Source: a virus (lineage: Duplodnaviria; Caudoviricetes). From it: 25,811 nucleotides of DNA. Location: IMG/VR virus record IMGVR_UViG_3300025117_000213, positions 1 to 25,811 of that record, one strand, 5' to 3'. A program made the translations under genes and the position numbers. The notes below the pieces were generated by a model. It saw only the letters and a list, made by a program, of their open reading frames with translations, was not told the DNA's origin and did not search any database. This document shows positions 1-9,080 of this stretch, piece after piece (positions within the stretch are counted from its first letter, which is position 1; each line of letters opens with the position of its first letter).

Positions 1-1
1 G

Positions 2-457
2 GATATTATAATGCAAAGCTTTTGCACGCATATATGGAAAATCGAAGCCGGTAGAATAATATCCGCAAATAATATCATAATTACTAAGGGCGGCAACGAA
101 CTCTTCGACAAGACGTCGATCCTGCGTACCATTAAACAACTCTTCTTTAGTAACTACGGCACAATCATACCTTTTCTCACCCTTTGATTTAATTACCCAA
201 GATAATACAGTACCAAAATCCGCATTCAAATTATCAGTTTCAATATCAAAATAACCAACCCGAGTGCCGGGAACCTTGTACCAGGGAATACCTGTCTTCT
301 TCTCAAACTGTTTGGCGTCTAAACGCCCACCGCCGTTCTTGATCTTAATAAGACCACGAGCAAAACAACTCTTGTGATCCGGCCAACGATGACGATGAAT
401 ACACGTAACATCTCCATAAGTCTCAATTACTTTTTGAATCTCACTCTCAGAATACAT
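2..457 (-). CDS. DEDD/RNase H-like 3'-5' exonuclease (YprB/RNase_H_2-like), truncated by window edge
   Basis: Not in the ORF track; translated by hand from ATG at 457 (GGAG SD just upstream): MYSESEIQKV...VGYFDIETDNLNADFG...IICGYYSTGFDFPYMRAK. ExoI (DxET) and ExoII-like (GYxxxxFDxPY) motifs are present, and the frame is open to the window edge. Confidence 0.75.
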   Translation of the reverse strand, partial: MYSESEIQKVIETYGDVTCIHRHRWPDHKSCFARGLIKIKNGGGRLDAKQFEKKTGIPWYKVPGTRVGYFDIETDNLNADFGTVLSWVIKSKGEKRYDCAVVTKEELFNGTQDRRLVEEFVAALSNYDIICGYYSTGFDFPYMRAKALHYNI

Positions 458-458
458 A

Positions 459-917
459 TTATCTCCTTACAACCTTATCCTTTAATGTTGATTGCATGTA
501 TTGCCTAGCAATCTCTACTTGTTCATCTGTTAAATTGTGATCTTCTTGTAGTCTACGAAGAAACTCATCATCACAAAAAATATAACCCGTATAATAAGAT
601 ATTAAAGCACACAATGCCCTAAAACGAAATACTGCTGTTTTATTTACAACTCCTAAACGTTTACCAACTTCTCGAAATGAAAATCCAGCACCAATTAAAG
701 AGAGGAATTCCACATCTTTATTTTTTATTATACCAAGATTTACCAATTCCGCTATCTTTTTCTCTATCAAGAGTAGATCATTATAAGAGTCTGAATCCAG
801 ATTGAATGCAGATTCATAGCTATCATGATCAGTATCTGCAATACTTTTTTCAGGTGAAGAAACAGCGTTATGAATCTCGTCACTTCTCCTAAGTAGGTAC
901 TCTATATACCAAGACAT
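459..917 (-). CDS. HTH DNA-binding protein (sigma70 region 4/LuxR-like HTH)
   Basis: GAGFSFREVGKRLGV fits an HTH pattern; TAATG coupling to the upstream gene. Confidence 0.5.
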   Translation of the reverse strand: MSWYIEYLLRRSDEIHNAVSSPEKSIADTDHDSYESAFNLDSDSYNDLLLIEKKIAELVNLGIIKNKDVEFLSLIGAGFSFREVGKRLGVVNKTAVFRFRALCALISYYTGYIFCDDEFLRRLQEDHNLTDEQVEIARQYMQSTLKDKVVRR

Positions 918-1606
918 TACTCACCCTCCCGCCTGCACATTTCATAATGAGCACAATTCTTACAGGCACCACTTATTCTACCAATACCATTATAACCAAA
1001 TAACCCTTGTCGAATAAAACTTTTTGTTTTAATAATTCTAATTACATCCGGAATAATAGAACTAAAAAGCTCTTCTTCTAACTGTTTATCATAATCAAAC
1101 TTTACAATTCTACCCTTTGTAAGGGAAGCAAACCCTACAAACTCAGCCGGAACACTGAACAATCTACGGAATGCATAGTTATAAATAATAAACTGCGGGT
1201 CGTTCGCAACAGAAAACGGTGTTGAGGCTGAAGTTTTCCAGTCTATAACCATTTTATTTTCCACACTTACACGATCCATTTTCCCTACTAAGAAAAGATC
1301 TTCTCCAATTTCGAGACGAAAATACTTTTCAACAAGATCATTTTCATTAAGAAGATAGTAAAAGTTTCCAAAGAAACTCTCTAACATTCTAACACATTTA
1401 TCCTTCTCTGGACCTTGCAAATTTGTAAGGTTTACATATTCGTAAGCAGCTCTCTCATCCCGCCAGTAATCCTCGATCACCTTATGGACTACAGAACCTA
1501 CTAATTGTTCTGTAGTTTGTATAGCTTGTTCCGGATAATTGATTCTAAAATCAGCCCGTTTAGAACATACCAGAACATCTTTAATCATGGAAGCACTGAT
1601 GTTCAT
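917..1606 (-). CDS. PD-(D/E)XK exonuclease, Cas4/RecB/AddB-like, with probable Fe-S cluster
   Basis: N-terminal SASMIKDVLVC, then GSVVHKVIE, GKMDRV, VIDWKT and QxxxY; C-terminal CKNCAHYEMC gives the 1+3 Cys arrangement. Confidence 0.85.
   Translation of the reverse strand: MNISASMIKDVLVCSKRADFRINYPEQAIQTTEQLVGSVVHKVIEDYWRDERAAYEYVNLTNLQGPEKDKCVRMLESFFGNFYYLLNENDLVEKYFRLEIGEDLFLVGKMDRVSVENKMVIDWKTSASTPFSVANDPQFIIYNYAFRRLFSVPAEFVGFASLTKGRIVKFDYDKQLEEELFSSIIPDVIRIIKTKSFIRQGLFGYNGIGRISGACKNCAHYEMCRREGE
1412..1441. repeat. Second copy of the palindrome plus flank, inside the Cas4-like gene
   Basis: ACCTTGCAAATTTGTAAGGTTTACATATTC matches 9199-9228 at 27/30. Confidence 0.6.
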
Positions 1607-1965
1607 ACCACACTTGCTCTAGCATTTGCACTATCAGTAATATAAATATCAATCATCCCACGCATAACCTGGAAACGGAGCTTTGCTCCCTCTAGGGCGG
1701 CTTTTACTTCCGCTAATTTCATTCTTTTATCAAAAAGGTTTCCGTCTAAACCACGAATCTGATAGGTTGATTTTACTAGCTCCATAGACGGAGCCTTACC
1801 GTTGACAAAGTAATTTGGGTTGGTTGTGACTTCTGTGGTGGTCTTAGCCACTTCTTCATCAATCACAGCCTCCATCTTCTCTACCTTCTCATACAACTCA
1901 CGAATTAAATCAGTAAGTTGCATCATATCATCAAAATCAGGTGGGGCAAATCGTTTATCTGACAT
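1603..1965 (-). CDS. Helical phage protein, possibly UvsY-like recombination mediator
   Basis: 120 aa with a helix-loop-long-helix pattern ending ...SANAR; lies in a module with RecA and SSB. The family call is by pattern only. Confidence 0.4.
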   Translation of the reverse strand: MSDKRFAPPDFDDMMQLTDLIRELYEKVEKMEAVIDEEVAKTTTEVTTNPNYFVNGKAPSMELVKSTYQIRGLDGNLFDKRMKLAEVKAALEGAKLRFQVMRGMIDIYITDSANARASVV

Positions 1966-2362
1966 TGCTATTAACTTCCTTTTGTATTTTTTCTAATTCT
2001 CGGCAATTTTTATATGCCTGTAAAAATAATTTATTATCCATAATAGAACTGATGGTAAAGACTACGGATCGAGTATAAGACATATCTCCACCCAGAGTGC
2101 GGTACATCTGCCACATATCCACATCCAATTCCCGCTCCCATCCTGGGAACGAAAAATATTTCTTTACTACGTCATCTACATACTCTACCTCAGCAGCTAT
2201 GGTATCTGCAACCATCTGATTAGTTTGCCCGCTTGCTACCCGTTCAAGGATATCTAATACAGCATACTTTTCAACCACATCAGCCCGGATACCAAAGTTT
2301 TTCTGGTAAAGAAAAAGAAAATAATCCCATAAAGTTTCGTATTTAGTCATCTTCTTCACCAT
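1955..2362 (-). CDS. Hypothetical protein, possible HTH
   Basis: Overlaps both neighbours; ILERVASGQTNQMVADTIAA resembles an HTH. Confidence 0.45.
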   Translation of the reverse strand: MVKKMTKYETLWDYFLFLYQKNFGIRADVVEKYAVLDILERVASGQTNQMVADTIAAEVEYVDDVVKKYFSFPGWERELDVDMWQMYRTLGGDMSYTRSVVFTISSIMDNKLFLQAYKNCRELEKIQKEVNSNVR

Positions 2363-2756
2363 TAATCATAGTGATGTAATTCATAATTTCAATAAAATCC
2401 TCCAGGGAAAGAACAACAAAATGTTTTACCCCGGATCGAGCATCACTAAACTTACAGAATAAAGCCGGAAGAGATTGGGTGTTAGCAGCCTCTTCATGGA
2501 TTTTATCAATCCACTCCTTTTTTACGGTTAATTGTTTTGATCCCCCATACCCAACTTTTGCTTCGCCCCGAATCTTTTTAGGGAACCCCGCAATCTTTCC
2601 ACTAATATCCCCGGTGAGTAGACCTTCTCCCATAATTGTTCCTATTGCACCACTTCCAGGAATTCTTTTGAATGTAGCTTTATCTAAATGTTTATTTAGA
2701 AGATCCACTACGAGATTCTCCCAAGCAGTCCCTTTAACTTTAGCCCGGTTCACCAT
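2343..2756 (-). CDS. Holliday junction resolvase, Hjc/PD-(D/E)XK type
   Basis: KxKGxxWE, RIPGSGA, GDI and EAK motifs. Confidence 0.8.
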   Translation of the reverse strand: MVNRAKVKGTAWENLVVDLLNKHLDKATFKRIPGSGAIGTIMGEGLLTGDISGKIAGFPKKIRGEAKVGYGGSKQLTVKKEWIDKIHEEAANTQSLPALFCKFSDARSGVKHFVVLSLEDFIEIMNYITMINGEEDD

Positions 2757-2759
2757 TCT

Positions 2760-4043
2760 CTAGTCCTCATAAATAATATTACTTTCATCAATGAATTTCA
2801 ACATAACAGTTCCTACTGGTCCATTACGTTGTTTTCGGATAATATTTTCAATGATACCCTTATGCTTACTCTCACGATTATAATACTCATCTCGGTAAAG
2901 CATAATCACATTATCCGCATCTTCTTCGAGATTACCACTCTGACGTAAATCCGCAAGAGTTGGCCGTTTATCATCCCTGGATTCTAGTGAGCGGTTTAAT
3001 TGTGATACAACCACACTAGTAATTCCCAACTCATTAGCTAAAAGCTTTACGCCACGAGAGATCCTCCCCAACTCATGGGTTGCTTCTGTACTACGTTCAG
3101 CCATCAACTGAATATAATCAAGGTAGGTAACAGACAGGTCGTTATTTTTCTTTAGTTTCCTAACAGTAGATGTGTAGTAGTCAATATCGGCGGAGTAGTT
3201 TGAGTCTACAACAATCTTTAAATCTCTTAGACGCTTAGTAGCTTCAAAAATAGCATCTACTTCTTTTTGATTAAGATTGCCAAAACGAATTTTACTAATT
3301 GAAATACCAGTCTCTATAGCAAGCATACGTTCGATCAAAACTTTTTTTGGCATCTCTAGTGAGAAGATCGCAACAGAGCTACCAGCTTTTGCTGTTTTTA
3401 ATGCCGAGTTGCAAATCCATGCGCTCTTTCCCATCGAGGACCTTGCGGCGACAATCCAAACCTCGCCTTTTCCAAAACCGCCCGTAGTCAAATCTAAACT
3501 CTGAAAACCAGTAGTCAGACCGGGCATTTTTCCACCGGCAGCAACCCGCTCCTGGATATCTCCATAAGCAGCGGTTAGGATATCACTAAAATCTGTTAGA
3601 TCTTCTTTACCATGTGCTGTAGCTAAATTATCCAGAGTACGGCGAATTTGTGACAGTGCTAAATCTACCCCACCAGCTTGTACAGTATTTTGTGCATCTG
3701 TAGCAGCTTGGATTAGTGATCTTCCGCGATAAGAATCAATAACTAAATTCTCATAGAAACTAATATTATCTTCTGGATAAGAAGCATTATATAAGTAAGT
3801 AAGTAATTGTTCTCCACCAACCTGTGGGAGCATCCCCGTACTTTCCATGTAACTTCTCAAGATCGGAAAAGAAGCTGCATTCCCGTCTGCATTAAGATCT
3901 GCTATGGATTGGAAAATCATCTCGTAATTCTTAGTTGCAAACATTCCATGCCGTAACCCAGTAAGTTCATAATACTTACTGGGATTCTTTAGTATAATGC
4001 TTAGAACAGCGATTTCAGCGTCGTGATTAAAAAGCTCACTCAT
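2760..4043 (-). CDS. dnaB: Replicative DNA helicase DnaB
   Basis: N-terminal AEIAVLS domain, Walker A AARSSMGKS, FSLEM, LDYIQLM, SQLNR, DLRQSGNLEEDAD, KQRNGPVG. Confidence 0.97.
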   Translation of the reverse strand: MSELFNHDAEIAVLSIILKNPSKYYELTGLRHGMFATKNYEMIFQSIADLNADGNAASFPILRSYMESTGMLPQVGGEQLLTYLYNASYPEDNISFYENLVIDSYRGRSLIQAATDAQNTVQAGGVDLALSQIRRTLDNLATAHGKEDLTDFSDILTAAYGDIQERVAAGGKMPGLTTGFQSLDLTTGGFGKGEVWIVAARSSMGKSAWICNSALKTAKAGSSVAIFSLEMPKKVLIERMLAIETGISISKIRFGNLNQKEVDAIFEATKRLRDLKIVVDSNYSADIDYYTSTVRKLKKNNDLSVTYLDYIQLMAERSTEATHELGRISRGVKLLANELGITSVVVSQLNRSLESRDDKRPTLADLRQSGNLEEDADNVIMLYRDEYYNRESKHKGIIENIIRKQRNGPVGTVMLKFIDESNIIYED

Positions 4044-4401
4044 CTAAATTCCTCATGAATACCTTTTTATTTTTACCGAGGTCTTTTCTTTGTTTGTTGA
4101 TAAAATCTTCCAGGGTTTCTTGCGGATATGCTTTCATTTTCTCTAAGCGTTTCTTAGCAAAGTAAGAAAGAAGCCCTGCTGGATTTCCTGGACGAACATT
4201 ATCCATATCTGCTACATCTAGCACTGAAAAATAAATTAACCTAGCTCCATAGATTTTAACTAACTTAGAGAAAATACCCATCAGTTTTCCATCTATGTTT
4301 GTATCAGTTAGCTCACCAAACATTCTGGCTAAGTGGGTACCTGCCCGACTAGGTTCATTCTCAAGTAAATCAGCATATTTAGCTGCGAGTCCGTCGTCCA
4401 T
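4036..4401 (-). CDS. Hypothetical protein coupled to dnaB (possible helicase partner)
   Basis: 121-aa helical ORF with an 8-nt overlap with the dnaB start; function inferred from position only. Confidence 0.55.
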   Translation of the reverse strand: MDDGLAAKYADLLENEPSRAGTHLARMFGELTDTNIDGKLMGIFSKLVKIYGARLIYFSVLDVADMDNVRPGNPAGLLSYFAKKRLEKMKAYPQETLEDFINKQRKDLGKNKKVFMRNLDE

Positions 4402-4594
4402 TTGTCCACCATTCTCCGCTATCCCAATAGATTGAAATTAAATTTAACTCCGCTTCCCAGTATAATCCAATACTGAATGTTTGTAAATCACCAGTACCTG
4501 GATGGAATGACCAAGTAATACAAACAAATGACAACAACCAGATACTTTTAAACGGCGATTTAAAATCCGCAGAATATATTTTATACAGGTTCAC
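4379..4594 (-). CDS. Small aromatic-rich hypothetical protein
   Basis: Fills the gap between neighbours and overlaps both, including a 4-nt start/stop overlap at 4591-4594. Confidence 0.45.
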   Translation of the reverse strand: MNLYKIYSADFKSPFKSIWLLSFVCITWSFHPGTGDLQTFSIGLYWEAELNLISIYWDSGEWWTNGRRTRS

Positions 4595-4854
4595 AACCGA
4601 ACCCTTACAGAAACGGGCTGCTCTTTTTGTGCTTCCTTCTGTATCTCAATAAATGCGGGGTGGTCATATCGCCCTTTTCGAGCAGCATCCCACTCGGAGA
4701 AATCACTAACACCTAGATCTGTTAACATCTTAATTAAAACCGGGATTGCCCAGTAATGGTTTAAAATTGTATGCAGATTGCTCGAGTTGATCTTAACCTT
4801 ACTTACAGAACCAACCTCAATCACAATTGAGTCATCTTTTATAACCGTATTCAT
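4591..4854 (-). CDS. Hypothetical protein
   Basis: ATG preceded by GAAGGA SD; same strand as the module. Confidence 0.6.
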   Translation of the reverse strand: MNTVIKDDSIVIEVGSVSKVKINSSNLHTILNHYWAIPVLIKMLTDLGVSDFSEWDAARKGRYDHPAFIEIQKEAQKEQPVSVRVRL

Positions 4855-4878
4855 GTTTATCCTTCTTTCAAGTATTTC

Positions 4879-4953
4879 GTGGGGTACTGATTTGCACAGT
4901 TTTCTTACTACCTTTCCCGCAGCAGCGGTAGGATACGCCTTTTACGCTCCCAC
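4879..4953 (-). ncRNA. Candidate structured (tRNA-like) intergenic RNA
   Basis: Closing stem GUGGG/CCCAC, inner stem CUACC/GGUAG, and ACUG-UGCAAAU-CAGU (T-loop-like). Not a canonical tRNA. Confidence 0.35.
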
Positions 4954-4964
4954 TTACTTCTTAT

Positions 4965-5783
4965 TTAGCTACCAAACAGATCCGAAATAGCGTCTTGAAT
5001 GTCAGACTCTACTTCCTTTGATACTTTCTCAACCTTCGGAAGATCGCTTTGCTTTTCTTCACGACGGGAGAGGAAGATATCCCGCAACTGAGCACCGTTG
5101 ACCAGATCACCAAGTTCCTGAGCAGTAAGCCGAATGGTTGCAGTTTCCAAATCCCACAACTTATACTCACCGTCCAGAATATCCCGATTCGTTGAGGCCA
5201 TCGGGGTAATGGCAGTCTTGCCATTAGCACTCTTAGTTACCAGCCAATTTACATCAAAGTTATTGAGACCAATAATATCGTTATTATCATCAAGAGTAGA
5301 GTTGTGCAGAGCGAACAAAACGTCTGCATTACTCTGACTGATCCCAAGAATCTTAACTTTGTTAGACTTGGTAACAGGAACCTCAGCTACCATAACATTA
5401 CACTTGTAGCACATCGGGGAGAACTTCCCATCTGCACCACGCTTTACTTCGGCACCACAGCCCGGGCACACTTTAACCTGAGTACGATCCAAAACATTCA
5501 TCAAGAAGCGAGTCTGACGAGACATGAATCCCTTCTGCTTATTATAGTCATGAGGAAACTCGACCATCAGGCGTTTGTTTGTCTTACAAATCGGGCAATC
5601 CTCACCGGGACAAGCAATCGTCAGCTTACGATCAGGGATGTAGTGAATAAAAACCTTGTGTGGGGTAGCCAACACACGTGTAGTGTGCTGTCCAACCGAT
5701 AAAGTCAAATACTCCGGTTTTTCAAAAGTTGACCGAGGTTGCTCTTTCTTCTCAAAAATTGAAACATCAAAATCAGCGCCCAT
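4965..5783 (-). CDS. Single-stranded DNA-binding protein, T4 gp32-like, zinc-binding
   Basis: H..C..CPIC site, RFLMNVLDR and VKILG strands, extra CPGC/CYKC pair, acidic tail ending DAISDLFGS; near recA. Confidence 0.65.
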   Translation of the reverse strand: MGADFDVSIFEKKEQPRSTFEKPEYLTLSVGQHTTRVLATPHKVFIHYIPDRKLTIACPGEDCPICKTNKRLMVEFPHDYNKQKGFMSRQTRFLMNVLDRTQVKVCPGCGAEVKRGADGKFSPMCYKCNVMVAEVPVTKSNKVKILGISQSNADVLFALHNSTLDDNNDIIGLNNFDVNWLVTKSANGKTAITPMASTNRDILDGEYKLWDLETATIRLTAQELGDLVNGAQLRDIFLSRREEKQSDLPKVEKVSKEVESDIQDAISDLFGS

Positions 5784-5784
5784 A

Positions 5785-6090
5785 TTATTCTTCTCCTGTA
5801 GTCTTTAGGTGTCCATTAAGGACTTGTTTTAATTCATCAAATGTTTGTACCTTTGATTTTTCCAAAGCAGCGATCACATCTTCTGATGCAAGACCGGCGG
5901 TTTGTTTTACCAAAGATATATATCTCTGAAAACTTATCTCGGTTGTCAGTAACTGCAAATATCGAATTCGATCAATCACTTCTGGATTGAAAGCGATATC
6001 TGCGGGAATCTGGGTAATCTCTTCCCCAAATTCTATATTCTTATAATCTCCGAGCCAATACAATCTTTTCACTCTTAGTGTTCTCTCCAT
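5785..6090 (-). CDS. Hypothetical phage protein
   Basis: AGGAG SD, ATG start, abuts the SSB gene. Confidence 0.7.
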   Translation of the reverse strand: MERTLRVKRLYWLGDYKNIEFGEEITQIPADIAFNPEVIDRIRYLQLLTTEISFQRYISLVKQTAGLASEDVIAALEKSKVQTFDELKQVLNGHLKTTGEE

Positions 6091-6151
6091 ATCATCTCCT
6101 ATAGTATAAATTTACCCCATTTGGGGTTTTACTTTATTTATTATTCAGTTA

Positions 6152-7180
6152 TTAAAGTTCTTCAGCAACTTCGGGAAGCAAATCTTGCAATTCCTTCGTT
6201 CGCTCGTTACGCATAATAGTATAGCATGCTTCTACTACCTTGTCAAGTACCTCTTTGTTTTGATTAAGAAATTCTAATGTTTTCCCTAACCCCTGACCAA
6301 TATTCTCTCCTTCAAAACGATAGTAAGCACCTGCTTTATTTATGACACCAATAACTTCTGCAAACTCTACAATGTCCCTAGTCCGATCAATCCCAATGCC
6401 CCACAGAATAGGGATAAAGTGGGATTTGAAAGGCCGAGCTAGTTTATTCTTCTTAATGCTAAATGTAGTCAAGATACCAATTTCTTCATCACCTACAGTA
6501 ATACGAGTAGCCTTACTTCCTGTAGAGGCGAGAGAAATTCTCAAACTACACATATGCCGAAGAGCATGTCCACCCGGGCTTTCCAAAGTCGGGACATAAG
6601 CTCCGATCTTATCTCGTACTTGATTCACAAACACAAAAGCAGTTTCTGTGTTCCGAATTGCATGACTATTTCTTCGTAAGAACTTAGCAAGATCTTTAGG
6701 GATAACTCCCATTGTATCTTTCTCAAACTCGTTCGCTCGTTCTCGTTTTGAAACAAGATTAGCCAGAGAATCTAAGAAGATACAACCAAACTCGCCCGAA
6801 GCAATTGCTTGCTCAGATGCTGTAAAAGCATCGTCTGAAAGATCTGTTTGCAGAAGAATAAAATTCTCCTCAGTCGCCTCCGGAGCAATCATTCGAATAT
6901 AATTATAATCCAATCCATGCTCGGCGTCAATATACAAAACCTTCTTACCAGAGAGGATAACATTCCTTGCTATACTCAAGCAGATGGTTGTCTTCCCGAC
7001 ACTTTCTGGACCATAAATTTCTGTGAACTTTCCAATTGGAATTCCACCAATTCCTGTACAGTAATCTAAACTAAGTGATCCCGTTGAAATTGCACGAACA
7101 TCTCCGTACATCTCATCTGTAACAACATAGTCAGAATACTGCTCAAGAAAACCCTTCAAGAAATCCTTGCTTTTTGCCAT
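6152..7180 (-). CDS. recA: RecA-family recombinase
   Basis: ISTGSLSLD, GIGGIP, EIYGPESVGKTT (Walker A), YIDAEHGLD, FLDSLANL, FVNQVRDKIG, SPGGHALR, KNKLARPF. Confidence 0.96.
   Translation of the reverse strand: MAKSKDFLKGFLEQYSDYVVTDEMYGDVRAISTGSLSLDYCTGIGGIPIGKFTEIYGPESVGKTTICLSIARNVILSGKKVLYIDAEHGLDYNYIRMIAPEATEENFILLQTDLSDDAFTASEQAIASGEFGCIFLDSLANLVSKRERANEFEKDTMGVIPKDLAKFLRRNSHAIRNTETAFVFVNQVRDKIGAYVPTLESPGGHALRHMCSLRISLASTGSKATRITVGDEEIGILTTFSIKKNKLARPFKSHFIPILWGIGIDRTRDIVEFAEVIGVINKAGAYYRFEGENIGQGLGKTLEFLNQNKEVLDKVVEACYTIMRNERTKELQDLLPEVAEEL
6218..6246 (-). promoter_or_regulatory. Sigma70-type promoter inside the 3' end of recA
   Basis: TTGACA-17 bp-TATACT with an extended -10 (TGc). 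Confidence 0.6.
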
Positions 7181-7182
7181 AC

Positions 7183-9063
7183 TTAATCCTTATACCATGA
7201 ATCAGAAATAAAAACATCTAACACTGCGGGAATTTTTCCCAAAAACCTCTGTTCAACCTCTTCCATAGTTTTCTTCACAAAAGCGGTTGCCTCCTCTACT
7301 ATTTCTTCTCGTACTTCAAAAACCAGTTCGTCATGGACCTGAAGTAAAATTCTAAACTCATCTCCAAACGGCTGTGTTCTGTCCAAAGTAACCATTGATA
7401 ATTTAACAATGTCTGCACTTCCTCCTTGAATAATATGATTAATTCCTTCTCGTTTTATAGCGGACGTAAGTTTCTCATACTCAAAAGCATCCTTATATAA
7501 AACCTTCGCTTCAAAATTCCGTCTCCTGCCATAAGGTGTAACAGAATAACCTAACTCTAAAATCTTCTTTCCGGCGGCAGGAATAAACCTACCTAAGTTT
7601 GGGTATCCGGTGAAATATTTCCGTAGATAATCCCTGCCTGTTTCAATTGGGAGACCAAAATTGTATAGTAAGCCGTACTCAGTTGTTCCGTACACAACAG
7701 CAAAATTCAAAGTCTTCCCATCTTTGCGTTGATCCTTTGTAACCTCTTCAACGGGCACACCAAAAAGAAGAGAAGCTGTTTTTATGTGCAAGTCAATTCC
7801 ATCAATAAAAGCCTGAGACATAACTTCTTCATGACTCACAGCAGCCAACAATCTCAACTCAGCTTGAGAATAATCTGCTGTAATAATCTTATACCCAGAA
7901 CGAGCTACAAAAGCCGTCCGGTATTCGTTCTTCTTCGGAATATTCTGCATGTTCGGCGTATTTGAAGAAAACCTTCCCGTCTCTGTCCCAAGTTGATTAA
8001 GCTCACAATGAATCCTACCATCTACGGGAGAAATATAATCAATAAAATTCTCTCCATAAGTATTCATCTTCTTCTCCAAATCACGATGGGTCAGGAGAAG
8101 ATTAATAAACTCGTATTCAAACCGAAACTTACCAAGTGTCTTCTTATCAACAGAAGAAAGCCCAGGAATTCCACATAACTGACCAATAATACACCCGATT
8201 TGCTTATTTGAGTTAAAATTAACATTAGAACATACTATATGAGCTATATTCTCAGGAACCGTTGTTTCTGATAATTCCTTCTGGAATTTCTTTGTTCCTA
8301 CTGGTATAGCAAGAAACTCAAATGCCTCAAGAGCATTAGAAAATTCTTTTGTGGCAAACAAAACCCGGAACTCATTATACAAGTCAAACAGCACTTCTTT
8401 GTCCTGTTTATCAAGAGTTTCAACCAACCCAAGCCAGGCTTTTTTATCTAAAAGAAGACCGGAATACTCCATTTTCGCCACGGTTGATACTAACTCATTT
8501 TCCAAATCCAGGACCCGCTGTTGGCGTTGCTCTTGCAGAGCGACTACCTGTTTTTGATAAATGTCCGGAAGATATTTAACATCCAGAACGGAGTACAGGA
8601 GTTGTTCCTGTGTGAAAGAATCAACCTCCGGATTAAATCCTTCAAAAGTTAAACGGACTTCTTTATCAAGGACAACCCCACAATACTTCTCTACGAGAGA
8701 AGCGAGGGAGAAGTATTGAGAAGAAAGCCCCTGATTAATTAAAACTTCAGCCAGCATTGTATCATGGACACTCCGCATCCATTCGCCTGTTACGCGATAG
8801 ATGACCTTCAGGTCGTATTTAGCGTTATGCATGATAGAAAGCTTTCCTGAGTCTATGATTAACTTAATAACATAAGAAGCAAAATTCTTTTGTTTATTAA
8901 GATCAATAATAAATAAATCTTCTTCAATGCCAAGTTGAAGAAGAAGTGGTGTACACTCAATTGGATTCTTTGAAGTAGTCTCCGTGTCAATAGAAACCAA
9001 ATTACTGCCTATCAATTTTTTCACTAACTTATTTTTATTAGTGTTATCTACTAAAGTAAACAA
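7183..9063 (-). CDS. polA: DNA polymerase family A (3'-5' exonuclease + polymerase, no 5'-3' exonuclease domain)
   Basis: Exo motifs IDTET, HNAKYDL and YSVLDV; TGRFSS, PNMQNIP, motif A DYSQAELR, motif B RKDGKTLNFAVVYG, motif C VHDE. TTG start with AAAGGA SD. Confidence 0.97.
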   Translation of the reverse strand: MFTLVDNTNKNKLVKKLIGSNLVSIDTETTSKNPIECTPLLLQLGIEEDLFIIDLNKQKNFASYVIKLIIDSGKLSIMHNAKYDLKVIYRVTGEWMRSVHDTMLAEVLINQGLSSQYFSLASLVEKYCGVVLDKEVRLTFEGFNPEVDSFTQEQLLYSVLDVKYLPDIYQKQVVALQEQRQQRVLDLENELVSTVAKMEYSGLLLDKKAWLGLVETLDKQDKEVLFDLYNEFRVLFATKEFSNALEAFEFLAIPVGTKKFQKELSETTVPENIAHIVCSNVNFNSNKQIGCIIGQLCGIPGLSSVDKKTLGKFRFEYEFINLLLTHRDLEKKMNTYGENFIDYISPVDGRIHCELNQLGTETGRFSSNTPNMQNIPKKNEYRTAFVARSGYKIITADYSQAELRLLAAVSHEEVMSQAFIDGIDLHIKTASLLFGVPVEEVTKDQRKDGKTLNFAVVYGTTEYGLLYNFGLPIETGRDYLRKYFTGYPNLGRFIPAAGKKILELGYSVTPYGRRRNFEAKVLYKDAFEYEKLTSAIKREGINHIIQGGSADIVKLSMVTLDRTQPFGDEFRILLQVHDELVFEVREEIVEEATAFVKKTMEEVEQRFLGKIPAVLDVFISDSWYKD

Positions 9064-9080
9064 TTTATTTTTCCTTTATT

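Noticed and set aside
917-1606. Cas4-like gene as evidence for a CRISPR system
   Set aside because: No repeat-spacer array or other cas genes are visible; solo Cas4-like nucleases are common in phage replication modules.
4879-4953. Canonical tRNA gene
   Set aside because: The acceptor stem is too short, there is no proper anticodon loop, and no TTC or CCA; kept only as a tRNA-like candidate.
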